38,057 nt of DNA, taken from contig DASXBV010000263.1 in assembly GCA_036491515.1 (NCBI GenBank), positions 1-38,057 on the forward strand. The letters are read 5' to 3'. The notes below the pieces were generated by a model that worked only from the letters and a program-made list of their open reading frames with translations, was not told the origin of the DNA and did no database searches. Of the stretch, positions 1 through 8,100 are shown piece after piece. A program made the translations under genes and the position numbers. This stretch comes from Chthoniobacterales bacterium. Lineage in GTDB: Bacteria; Verrucomicrobiota; Verrucomicrobiia; Chthoniobacterales; JAFAMB01. Position 1 is the stretch's first letter. Every line of letters begins with the position of its first letter.

Positions 1-1619
1 CCCACAATTTCCCTGCCCTTGGGCCATTCAACTGAATAATTAAATTCAATGACCTTTTTTACCTTCGGTGGAAGCTCGATCTCCCAAGTCAACCTGCCCG
101 AGTCCTTATCGACGGTTGCCGGCTTATCCGAAAACGCTCCCTGATTCACAACGATATCGGCGTTTTTGGAAACCGGGAGCTGATCATAAACCAGCAGCCT
201 GATCGGGCTGGATCGAAAATTTTGTAACGAAAGTTGATATCGTCGATCTTCAACCTCTCTTCGGTTCAACATTCCGGTTTCAGACCGCTTATTGACAAGT
301 TCCTTCCGCTCAGCCTTGATCGAATCGTCTTTGCCGGCATACAGGTCAAAATCGGAGCCTGCCGGTGCAAGGTTCATCGTGAGCATGCCGGTGAACTCAC
401 CGTCTCGGAACACGCTCACCTGCCCGGGCAGAAGCTGCGCATCGCTCGTATTCACCAGATGAACCTTAAGGAAAACGGCAGAATCAAGCTTAGGGGTCGT
501 GACATATTCCGGGCTTCCTGCGAGATTCAGTACGGTCACATTTGCACGATGAGCTTGCCCGTCAGCCGGAATCGTTACCGGCAAACCAATCTGGTATGAA
601 ACCGACATTCCGGATTTCTGCACCTCCGCTTGAGCCTCGTCACTCTGGACCAACTCTTCCTTCGCTCGAGCCGGTTCATTCGGAGCAAGCATCGGCGCCG
701 CAGGGGCAAACTCAGCCCGCGGAGATACCACCGGTTCTGGTGTTCTGTAATCCAGGTACGAAGGCATTAGTTCAGGCATTCGTCCATTGCGACCGGGCTG
801 CGCCGTCGACAGAGTCAACCGCACATTATTCCAGTCTTCGCCGGTCTTCTGGCGCACAAGCGCATTATAGAGGAGCTCCACCTTGCTGGTTTCCGAATTA
901 ATCCGCGCATTGTAACTCGAAATCCAGGAAGCGTTCCAGATTACGTAGTGTAAGGTGAACTCCGCCTTGGCCGCAGCTTCAGCCTTCACACTCACGAGCA
1001 GCGTCCTTTGCGATTTTTGCGCAGCGTTTCTTACTGCATCGAGTTCTCGTTTCACTCGATCTATTTGCGGGTCGAGTTTCGTTTCGCTGCGTTCGATAGA
1101 GAGAATGTTTTCCGACAAACTGGCAACTTCATCACCATAAAAAGTGTAGAGCTTGCGAATGTCGTCGAGGTTCATGGGCTCCTTCTCCCCTTTGCCAAGA
1201 CCGGCGCTCAGGTTCCGAAAAAACTGCAGTTTTTCCTCGCACACACCCTTTTGCCCCCAAAGCGATTTCTGCTGATCTTGAAGCTCCTGTAGCTGCCGCT
1301 CGAGGTCCTGCGCTTTCGGGTTTGCGCTCGCAGCGAGGAACTCCTGCCGAATATCGATTCCCTCAATCGTGAGCGGCGCATCCGCTTTAGCGCTGACTTC
1401 GATGGAACTCTCGTTGAGAGCCGCCGGCAGACCAGAAAACTCCAGCACGGATGTTCCCTTCGGCAGACTCGCCGGCGCGGTTCGGGTCACACGTGCGCGA
1501 TCGGGATAAACCGTAACTTCCGAGACCGTGGAACTTACCGCTGAAGACTCTTGCCCACGAACGGAGCAACAGATAACCGCTGCCGATAGTACAACCGCTA
1601 AGACGCGCAACAAACTCAT
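1..1619 (-). CDS. DUF4140/DUF4139 (MuiA-like, TIGR02231-type) secreted protein; the 3' end leaves the window
   Basis: Absent from the ORF track because it runs off the edge. Manual minus-strand translation from the ATG at 1619-1617 gives MSLLRVLAVVLSAAVICCSVRGQESS..VSEVTVYPDRARVTRTAPASLPKGTSVLEFSGLPAALNESSIEVSAK.. with no stop down to position 1. The C-terminal part reads ..LLPGQVSVFRDGEFTGMLTMNLAPAGSDFDLYAGKDDSIKAERKEL..LTWEIELPPKVKKVIEFNYSVEWPKGREIV. It has a signal peptide, a coiled-coil middle and a C-terminal beta domain, as expected for this family. Confidence 0.75.
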   Translation of the reverse strand, partial: MSLLRVLAVVLSAAVICCSVRGQESSAVSSTVSEVTVYPDRARVTRTAPASLPKGTSVLEFSGLPAALNESSIEVSAKADAPLTIEGIDIRQEFLAASANPKAQDLERQLQELQDQQKSLWGQKGVCEEKLQFFRNLSAGLGKGEKEPMNLDDIRKLYTFYGDEVASLSENILSIERSETKLDPQIDRVKRELDAVRNAAQKSQRTLLVSVKAEAAAKAEFTLHYVIWNASWISSYNARINSETSKVELLYNALVRQKTGEDWNNVRLTLSTAQPGRNGRMPELMPSYLDYRTPEPVVSPRAEFAPAAPMLAPNEPARAKEELVQSDEAQAEVQKSGMSVSYQIGLPVTIPADGQAHRANVTVLNLAGSPEYVTTPKLDSAVFLKVHLVNTSDAQLLPGQVSVFRDGEFTGMLTMNLAPAGSDFDLYAGKDDSIKAERKELVNKRSETGMLNRREVEDRRYQLSLQNFRSSPIRLLVYDQLPVSKNADIVVNQGAFSDKPATVDKDSGRLTWEIELPPKVKKVIEFNYSVEWPKGREIV

Positions 1620-1629
1620 ACTCCAGCCA

Positions 1630-1986
1630 CTATTTCTGCCGAAGCACTTCGTTCTTGTCACCCAGGACAATGATTTTTGGCTGGTGAGTTCTGGCTTCCT
1701 CAGGGTCGAACAATCCGAAACTCATGATCGTCAAGCAATCCCCTGGTTTTCCCAGGTGCGCAGCGGCTCCATTGAGCTCGATCCCGCCTTGACCGCGGAT
1801 CCCGTAAATGACGTAAGTCTCAAACCGTTCTCCATTCGCCATGTTCCCCACCAGAATGCGCTCGTACTCTTCCAGTTCGACCAACTCGGCGAGGTCCGCG
1901 GAAATGCTGAGACTCCCTTCGTAATTTACGTTCGCGGCGGTTACAACAGCTCGATGAATCTTCGATTTGAGGAGCGATATCTGCAC
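1630..1986 (-). CDS. panD: aspartate 1-decarboxylase (pyruvoyl-dependent)
   Basis: The sequence LLKSKIHRAVVTAANVNYEGSLSISADL contains the KxHR motif and the YEG-S self-cleavage site. The track ORF extends to a TTG at 2034. The in-frame GTG at 1986 places 8 residues before KIHR, as in E. coli and B. subtilis PanD, so I prefer it. Confidence 0.88.
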   Translation of the reverse strand: MQISLLKSKIHRAVVTAANVNYEGSLSISADLAELVELEEYERILVGNMANGERFETYVIYGIRGQGGIELNGAAAHLGKPGDCLTIMSFGLFDPEEARTHQPKIIVLGDKNEVLRQK

Positions 1987-2066
1987 GTCTCGCAAACTAG
2001 CGATTAATTTCGATTTGTCATCACGCGAAGGCAAGGAGCCAAGAATTCAAGAGAGGCTAAGCAGCC

Positions 2067-2783
2067 CTACCAAAGCGCTTCCGTCAGCCGGAAGCGAACG
2101 GTAAGATAAAAATTCTGAATACCAAATCGATCAAGAGGCAAACGCACGACATAATCCTGCTGCAATCCGGCCGGATAACCCACCGTGACCGGGTATTCCC
2201 CTGTCACTGCTCCATGCCCTTCGCAGTGCGAACATTCATAGCGTCCTACACTCCCTCGTCCGCCGCACGCCGCACAGACCAGTCGTGCCGGAACCATGAT
2301 GCGAACCTCGCCGCCCGCAAATGCCTGTCGAGCGGACAGAGGCACATCCACGTTAAGGCTCTCAAGCCGTTCAGCTTTCGGTCGTGCGAGGAGATCGAAG
2401 TTGCTCCACAGACGTTCAAAGATTTCATCAATGGAGGGGGAAAATGTCTCGAACGACCGGAACAGCGACATCTCTTCGAAACCGGAAGCAGGTCGGGCGG
2501 TGGTCAGCGGCTCAGCCCGACGCCTCCGCGCGATTACGGTTTCCGCGAGCCGTGCTGCCTCGATGCAGCGAATCGGAATTTCTTCCGCTTCACGATCATA
2601 AATTGCGCGTTGCGCCGGGTCACTCAGCACGTCGTAAGCCTCTTGCAGTTCCAGCAACTGATCACTCTCAATAGCCGTAAGGTCGGGATGAAGTTCAAGC
2701 GCACGCCGCCGATACGCTGATCGGATCTGCTCCGTAGTCGCTTCAGGCGGCAGGCGAAGAATGAGATAGTAATTCTTTCTCAT
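2067..2783 (-). CDS. J-domain protein with a DnaJ-type CxxCxGxG zinc finger
   Basis: The J domain reads YYLILRLPPEATTEQIRSAYRRRALELHPDL..LQEAYDVLSDPAQRAIYD and carries the HPD motif. The zinc-finger motifs are CAACGGRG and CSHCEGHG. The track ORF runs to 2891, but the ATG at 2783 (MRKNYY) sits immediately before the J domain. Confidence 0.8.
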   Translation of the reverse strand: MRKNYYLILRLPPEATTEQIRSAYRRRALELHPDLTAIESDQLLELQEAYDVLSDPAQRAIYDREAEEIPIRCIEAARLAETVIARRRRAEPLTTARPASGFEEMSLFRSFETFSPSIDEIFERLWSNFDLLARPKAERLESLNVDVPLSARQAFAGGEVRIMVPARLVCAACGGRGSVGRYECSHCEGHGAVTGEYPVTVGYPAGLQQDYVVRLPLDRFGIQNFYLTVRFRLTEALW

Positions 2784-3044
2784 ACAGCGCATCCGGTTCT
2801 GTTGTTCGCACCCACGAGCGCCACTGCGACGCTCGCGGGCCATTATCTTATTTTTAGTCATCCTGCGGAGGAAATCAATCCCGTCACACAAACGTCACGA
2901 AGGTTTTGTTTAAGCTCAGAAACGAGCTAACGATCGCGGCACTTGCAGGGGCGAATGCCCTTTCAACGCGGTGCTCCCAGCAACCAAAAGGAGGTCTACT
3001 CCAGACTCGGAGCGCTACACACAATTCGGACACCCATCATATCT

Positions 3045-3071
3045 CCTTCGTGACCTTCGTGCCCTTTGTGT
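3045..3071 (+). repeat. 3 x 9-nt tandem repeat CCTTYGTGN
   Basis: The units ccttcgtga, ccttcgtgc and cctttgtgt were read directly from the sequence, inside an ORF-poor gap. Confidence 0.8.
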
Positions 3072-3613
3072 GATCAATTACCGTACCCGACGACCTCGGT
3101 GGTTATTGACGCGGAAGTTTGGCATTGCGCATTCAAGTTATTGCAATCAAAAAGCCTCGCGACACGATAGATTTTGGTAAGCGCACGCTCCAGCCTTTGC
3201 CCACGCCGGGTCCCCCATCGCGCAACGCGGCATAGCCGCAACCACAAAGGACGCGGTGTCGCCAGCCCGGCGTGGCGGCGGATCGGCGATGTCAGCGTTG
3301 CCAAGGTAGCGTGGCGATGAAGATCCTTATTTGGACGATTCCCCCGGTTCTATTCGGCGTAGGAGCGAAATTGGGGGGACTAGTGGTTGGGGGCTGGATC
3401 TTGCGCCCCTTCGCGGCGCCTTGCCCGAGTGGGTCGTTTCCCGGGGCTGAAACCGGGCTGAATCCTCACAGCCCCTTCGTCGGGGCAAAATACCGTCCCA
3501 AACAGCCCTTATCTTGGCGCCATTTGGACCTGGCGCCGTTTTGAACCTGTCCCCGTTTTGGTTTTACCAGTTAAAACGCGCTTCGCCACGTTTGGAGCTG
3601 TCCGCGGCGTTTT

Positions 3614-3651
3614 CGAGCCGGAACCCGGCTCGGACGGAGCCTCGCCCTACC
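3614..3651 (-). repeat. REP-like element: GGTAGGGCGAGGCTCCGTCCGAGCCGG head plus an 8-bp hairpin
   Basis: The reverse complement of 3625-3651 is GGTAGGGCGAGGCTCCGTCCGAGCCGG, matching the repeat at 15443-15469. The stem pairs CGAGCCGG (3614-3621) with CCGGCTCG (3625-3632). It lies 20 nt downstream of the C39-like gene stop. Confidence 0.8.
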
Positions 3652-3670
3652 AAACCGTTCCGGGCCTCTC

Positions 3671-4369
3671 TCACCTCACCCTCTCATAGAACCGCAACGC
3701 CTCAATCTCCGGCGCCAGTGCGCGCAAAGGATACACTCCGTTGGCTCCACCGGACGCCGGGTCCTGAATCAGGTAGTCAAATCCGGCTTTCCCAACAATA
3801 ACGACGAAGTGCGTGATACCATTTGCAAGATGTACCCGAACGATAACCGGATTGCTTCGCGCTATATTCGAATCGATCAGCCAATAGGAGGGCAAATCTT
3901 CATAGGCGTGTCGCACCAATCCGGGATGATAATCGGCCGCTTTTTCCCAATATAACCAACCTTGCGGCGTATAACCGTTTTTGCTCGACAGAAAAGCATT
4001 CAACCGCCCTGGATCGACGTCTTGCCCGTAAAAGGCCAGAACCATTGCCGCAGAACTGACGGCACACCCCTCCTGGCCCATCGTCGAAGGTGCTGGACCA
4101 AGCTCATCATCTGCCCATCGCGGATCATCCTGAGCAAATCGTTGAACAGGCAGAACCAGCCTCGAAAAAAAATAAAGCCCCCCAGCTGAAGGGATTCTTC
4201 TGGGGCCGGCATAGTAATACAAAGCCGAGCTTCCAAGAAGGGCGACCAGTATCCAGACCAATACGCAAAAACCTGATTTCGGCCTTCGCCCGGGCGGCCT
4301 GGTCCGACCCAATTCTGAAACAGCCGTATTATCTGCGCGCATCAGCTTTTTGGTGGACCAGAACGCCAC
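3671..4369 (-). CDS. membrane-anchored C39-like (Peptidase_C39_2 type) cysteine peptidase
   Basis: There is an N-terminal TM helix (FCVLVWILVALLGSSALYYY). Papain-like C39 motifs follow: Q..DPRW, GQEGCAVSSAAMVL (Cys), GITHFVVIVG (His) and LIQDP (Asp). The start at 4369 is a GTG, and an alternative ATG lies at 4342. Confidence 0.7.
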   Translation of the reverse strand: MAFWSTKKLMRADNTAVSELGRTRPPGRRPKSGFCVLVWILVALLGSSALYYYAGPRRIPSAGGLYFFSRLVLPVQRFAQDDPRWADDELGPAPSTMGQEGCAVSSAAMVLAFYGQDVDPGRLNAFLSSKNGYTPQGWLYWEKAADYHPGLVRHAYEDLPSYWLIDSNIARSNPVIVRVHLANGITHFVVIVGKAGFDYLIQDPASGGANGVYPLRALAPEIEALRFYERVR

Positions 4370-4520
4370 TTAGCGCAACATATACCAGCAAACGATTGCT
4401 TGGATTTTTGTATCCCCTCTCGAGGACATCCCGAGCTTCGTTCGATTCCGGCACCTATTTTGCTAAACATTCCAACACGGCACGTCGACCACTTCGCGGA
4501 TAGAACACTAGAAACCTGCG

Positions 4521-5399
4521 ATGAACGGCAAATCTCTACATCGAAATCGAAAAGTTTTTCTTTTTGCTTTCATTATTGGTCCGATTCTCATCGCAGCCTT
4601 TCTTTTCGTTGTGTCGAGGCAGATGTACGCCGAACAGCGGCAGGCGATGAAGCTGGTAAAACAGAGCAATGAAAACAGGGCACAGCTTATTGAGTTACCG
4701 GATGCGCTGCATGCGGCGGAGGCCGGCGAGTACGGATTTCTGCTGACCGGCAGCCGATCCTGGCTTGCGACATATCTTTTTTCCCAAAACGACGCCATGA
4801 TTCGGCTTACTTTTTTGGCCATGTCGTTCGCTGATCGTCCGGCTCAACTCGCTCGACTCAACCGTATCCACCCTCTAGTGGAGGCAGAGTTGGCCGAATT
4901 TCGCGATGTCACCAGGTTAAAAGAGTCCGGTCAGGACGAAAAGGCGCTTCAGCTGGTCAGCGCGAACGATGGCCTCTTGGCCCTGAACCGGATTCGGTCG
5001 CTCATCGCTGAAATGCAGGCGGCCGAAGATCAATTGCTGGCTAGCCTCCTGGAAGCAAACGAAAGTAAAGTCAACACGCGCGATGCCATCTGCACCGGCT
5101 TGCTGTGCCTTAGCGCGGTGGTTGTTGCCGGGGCGGGCGTCTTACTTTTTAGAATTCGCCAGCTCCAAAGTATTATCACGATCTGCGCCTGGACGCAGCG
5201 TGTTAATTACAATAGGAAATGGATGCGCATGGAGGATTTCCTGTGGCAACGGTTTCGATTGAGGGTTTCCCATGGCATTTCTGAAGAGGCATTTGAAGGA
5301 GTAATGGGAATGCTTGGAAAGAACCTCACGGTTTCCAACAATCCCCAGGAAAAGGTAGATAAACCAAAGACTCAGCCAGATGCCGACCCACGGAATTAG
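4521..5399 (+). CDS. CHASE3 domain sensor protein without a recognisable output domain
   Basis: The architecture is TM1 (VFLFAFIIGPILIAAFLFVV), then a roughly 150-aa helical CHASE3-like ectodomain (AEAGEYGFLLTG..YL..; IHPLVEAELAEFRDV), then TM2 (GLLCLSAVVVAGAGVLLF), then a roughly 80-aa tail. Confidence 0.7.
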   Translation: MNGKSLHRNRKVFLFAFIIGPILIAAFLFVVSRQMYAEQRQAMKLVKQSNENRAQLIELPDALHAAEAGEYGFLLTGSRSWLATYLFSQNDAMIRLTFLAMSFADRPAQLARLNRIHPLVEAELAEFRDVTRLKESGQDEKALQLVSANDGLLALNRIRSLIAEMQAAEDQLLASLLEANESKVNTRDAICTGLLCLSAVVVAGAGVLLFRIRQLQSIITICAWTQRVNYNRKWMRMEDFLWQRFRLRVSHGISEEAFEGVMGMLGKNLTVSNNPQEKVDKPKTQPDADPRN

Positions 5400-6339
5400 T
5401 CCGCAGGAGACGGCGAACATCAGCCATCGAGGGTGGGATCAACTCAACCCGCGCAGCCTACTCGTTCGCGCGCTCTGGGCGTTGTGCCTGATCGGCGTTT
5501 TGTGCGCCTGCTCAACGACAAGCCAACTAGTCGGATCAAAGGCAACTCTTTGGAAAATCAAGGGCGATCATAATACCATGTATCTGCTCGGTTCTGTCCA
5601 TGTCCTGTCAAAGCAGGCCTACCCGCTAAAACCAGCGCTCGAGCATGCGTTCGACGATTCAAACCAAGTCGTGTTTGAAATTGACCTTACGCGGTTTACT
5701 CCGGAAAGGTTCCGGCAAGAATTCAAGCGCACTGCTATTTACTCACCCGGGCAATCTCTCTCAAAAAAGTTGTCGCCTGAGACCATCGAGCTTTTAAGGA
5801 GCTTACTCCCTGCCTACGGTTTGACGCTGAACCAGGTCGAGCGCTTTAAACCTTGGTTTCTCGCAGAGTGGTTAAGTTCCCGTACGCTTGAAAAGGCCGG
5901 CTTCAGCGAGCAGCTTGGGGTTGATCTTTACTTTTATCATAAGGCAAAGGCCGCGGGTAAACCGGTGCTTGGCCTCGAAACTCTTCGCGATCAGGCCCAG
6001 ATATTCGACCGCTTCAATGATGAAGAAAACGAGCTTTATTTGGTAAGCACGATATCCGGTCTACCTGCATACGCGGTAATGGTAAGCCGGCTGGTTGATG
6101 CCTGGAAAGATGGGAATGTAAAAGTGCTCGACCAATTGCTTAATCAGGACAAGCGCTCGGATCCAACGACACACGATGTTTTGTTCTCCAAACGAAATTC
6201 GAAATGGGTGCCGGAGATTGAACGGTTTGCTCACCAGAGCGGGAACTATCTAATTATCGTTGGAGCCGGCCACCTCGTTGGCGACGACGGGGTTGTCGCG
6301 CAGTTGAAGCGGGCGGGCTACTCGGTGCAGCAGCTCTGA
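5380..6339 (+). CDS. TraB/GumN family (Tiki/PrgY-like) protein, probable lipoprotein
   Basis: The family motifs MYLLGSVHVL (GxxH), VVFEIDL and IIVGAGHLVG are present. The signal/lipobox-like segment is LCLIGVLCAC. It overlaps the CHASE3 gene by 20 nt. Confidence 0.8.
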   Translation: MPTHGISPQETANISHRGWDQLNPRSLLVRALWALCLIGVLCACSTTSQLVGSKATLWKIKGDHNTMYLLGSVHVLSKQAYPLKPALEHAFDDSNQVVFEIDLTRFTPERFRQEFKRTAIYSPGQSLSKKLSPETIELLRSLLPAYGLTLNQVERFKPWFLAEWLSSRTLEKAGFSEQLGVDLYFYHKAKAAGKPVLGLETLRDQAQIFDRFNDEENELYLVSTISGLPAYAVMVSRLVDAWKDGNVKVLDQLLNQDKRSDPTTHDVLFSKRNSKWVPEIERFAHQSGNYLIIVGAGHLVGDDGVVAQLKRAGYSVQQL

Positions 6340-6341
6340 GA

Positions 6342-6404
6342 GCGTTCGGCGTTTGGCGTTCAGCGTTCAGCGTTCAGCGTTCGGCGTTCAGCGTTCGGCG
6401 TGCG
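6342..6404 (+). repeat. tandem heptanucleotide array, 8-9 x GCGTTYR
   Basis: The units are gcgttcg, gcgtttg, gcgttca x3, gcgttcg, gcgttca, gcgttcg and a degenerate gcgtgcg. The array starts 3 nt after the TraB/GumN stop. Confidence 0.9.
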
Positions 6405-6419
6405 CGGTGCGGGCCGCGC

Positions 6420-6444
6420 GGTAGGGTCATGCTCCCGCGTGACC
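6420..6444 (+). repeat. REP-like GGTAGGG-headed hairpin
   Basis: The element reads GGTAGG-GTCATGC-TCCC-GCGTGAC-C. It has a 7/8-bp stem and the same TCCC/GGGA loop as the copies at 14914-14939 and 33710-33735. Confidence 0.7.
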
Positions 6445-6499
6445 GGCGTAGCCAGTACGGGAACGATGGACCTTTGACTGGATAGCCCCCCAAGATCAA

Positions 6500-6556
6500 G
6501 GGATGAGAGGTGAGGGAACGCCAAACGCCGAACGCTGAACGCCAAACGCTGAACGG
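6500..6556 (-). repeat. inverted copy of the heptad array, 6 x GCGTTYR followed by CTCAYCT-type pyrimidine heptads
   Basis: The reverse complement reads ccgttca, gcgtttg, gcgttca, gcgttcg, gcgtttg, gcgttcc, ctcacct, ctcatcc. It ends 5 nt from the pyk stop and has the same architecture as 25008-25189. Confidence 0.9.
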
Positions 6557-6561
6557 TCGTG

Positions 6562-8022
6562 TCATTCGACCACATTATCGGCTCGCAGGGCGTCGGATAT
6601 CTTTTCCACCTTAATCAGGTTGGTCTTGCCCGGCATATTAAAAGGCGTACCGGCGACAATAGTCAGGACGTCTTCTGGCTTTGCGCCAAGGATCCTGGTC
6701 GCGGCATCGGCACTTAACTTCACCAGGTGTGCCGTGCCGTTGATAGTGTCAGTATGGACCGGTTGAACTCCCCAAGTTAACGCCATTCTGCGACACACTT
6801 CCTTCGAAGAACAGAGCGCGATGATCGGCATTTTAGGCCGGTGACACGCTACTCGGCGAGGGGTACCTCCAGAGGAGGTCGCGGAGATAATCGCTTTAGC
6901 TGATACCGAATTAGCAATCGTGTGCGCCGCGTGACCTACTGCAGCCTCCAAATCCGCCCGATCCGGAATCGAGGGTGGAATCGGCAGTTCCCCTTTGATC
7001 CATGCCTCTTCAGCGCGAGCCGCGATCGTGGCCATCGTCGAAACCGCTTCGACTGGGAAGCGGCCGACAGCCGATTCCGCGGAAAGCATGACGGCATCAC
7101 TACCGTCGAGTATCGCATTGGCGATATCGGCAGCTTCAGCTCGTGTCGGCTTGTGGAAATTGATCATCGACTCCAACATCTGCGTTGCGGTAATCACCGG
7201 CACTCCTTCATCCCGGCAGACCGAGATTATTCGCTTTTGAGCAATCGGGACGTCCTCGAAGCTCATTTCGAGAGCCAGATCCCCGCGAGCTACCATCACC
7301 CCATAACACTCGTGAACGATGTTCTCGATATCGTCCAGAGCATTCTTTCGCTCTATCTTCGCGATCACTGGGATCGATGCGCCTCGTTCGGCAAGCGCTT
7401 GGTTGAGAAACCGCACGTCCGAGGATGATTGCACGAACGAAAGCGCCAGGAAGTCCAGTTCCTCGGATACCGCAAAGTCCAGATCGACATAATCCTTCGT
7501 GGTGAGGGATGGTAGCGAGACCAGCCTGTTTTTTAGGTTCACTCCCTTGTTGCTTTTCAATTCCCCGCCCCGAACGATCTCGCAGAGCACATCTCCGTTC
7601 GACCTGATTTCCAACGCCTGGAGTTCAATGTTTCCGTCGTCTAGAAGGAGGATAGATCCTGGTGCTACATCGCGATAGAGGCCCTTGAAACTGACCGCGA
7701 TCTTCGCGGGCGTACCGGTCACAGGTTCAGGTGTTAAGATGGTCTTATTTCCGCGTTGGAACTCAATGCTGCCATTCTCCATCTCCCCAACACGTATCCT
7801 CGGACCGCGCAGATCTCCGAGCACCCCGATGAAGACGCCCATTTGATCTGCCACTTTTCGAATCCGCTCAACTAACGGTTTAGCTTGTTCACCCGTCCGA
7901 TGGGAGAAGTTCAATCGAGCTACATCCATCCCGACATCAATCAATCGGCGCAGCATCTCTTCGCTATCGCTCGCCGGCCCTATAGTTGCCACAATTTTGG
8001 TCCGCTTAGAAGGTCCGTCCAT
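6562..8022 (-). CDS. pyk: pyruvate kinase
   Basis: The sequence shows TKIVATIGPAS, NFSH, GDLRGPKIR-like (GDLRGPRIRVG), MVARGDLALE and the C-terminal regulatory domain. The length is 486 aa. Confidence 0.95.
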   Translation of the reverse strand: MDGPSKRTKIVATIGPASDSEEMLRRLIDVGMDVARLNFSHRTGEQAKPLVERIRKVADQMGVFIGVLGDLRGPRIRVGEMENGSIEFQRGNKTILTPEPVTGTPAKIAVSFKGLYRDVAPGSILLLDDGNIELQALEIRSNGDVLCEIVRGGELKSNKGVNLKNRLVSLPSLTTKDYVDLDFAVSEELDFLALSFVQSSSDVRFLNQALAERGASIPVIAKIERKNALDDIENIVHECYGVMVARGDLALEMSFEDVPIAQKRIISVCRDEGVPVITATQMLESMINFHKPTRAEAADIANAILDGSDAVMLSAESAVGRFPVEAVSTMATIAARAEEAWIKGELPIPPSIPDRADLEAAVGHAAHTIANSVSAKAIISATSSGGTPRRVACHRPKMPIIALCSSKEVCRRMALTWGVQPVHTDTINGTAHLVKLSADAATRILGAKPEDVLTIVAGTPFNMPGKTNLIKVEKISDALRADNVVE

Positions 8023-8100
8023 TTCTCAATACTGGCCAAAGCTCACCCCAACGCAAGGCAGAAGAGCGGGTGAGAGGTCGTGGCGGCGAGCGGATCTCAA

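Noticed and set aside
234-1292. Plus-strand track ORFs at 234-599, 542-901, 955-1140 and 1008-1292
   Set aside because: They are antisense to, or out of frame with, the long minus-strand DUF4139/MuiA-like reading frame. That frame is open across the whole region and has clear family features. These ORFs are low-complexity with no recognisable motifs.
2214-2720. A 168-aa plus-strand ORF, and smaller ones, opposite the J-domain gene
   Set aside because: The minus strand encodes the HPD J domain and the CxxCxGxG zinc finger. The antisense ORFs are Arg/Ser-rich noise.
3443-3475. A GGGGCTGA… start reminiscent of a tmRNA 5' end
   Set aside because: There is no tag reading frame, no T-arm and no 3' CCA-adjacent acceptor. 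It is only a 7-bp hairpin of repeat type.
6360-6575. Track ORFs 6360-6575 and 6374-6565 (…RTLNAERRTLNAER)
   Set aside because: They are translations of the heptanucleotide arrays. The 7-aa periodicity comes from the 7-nt DNA repeat read in rotating frames, so this is not coding.
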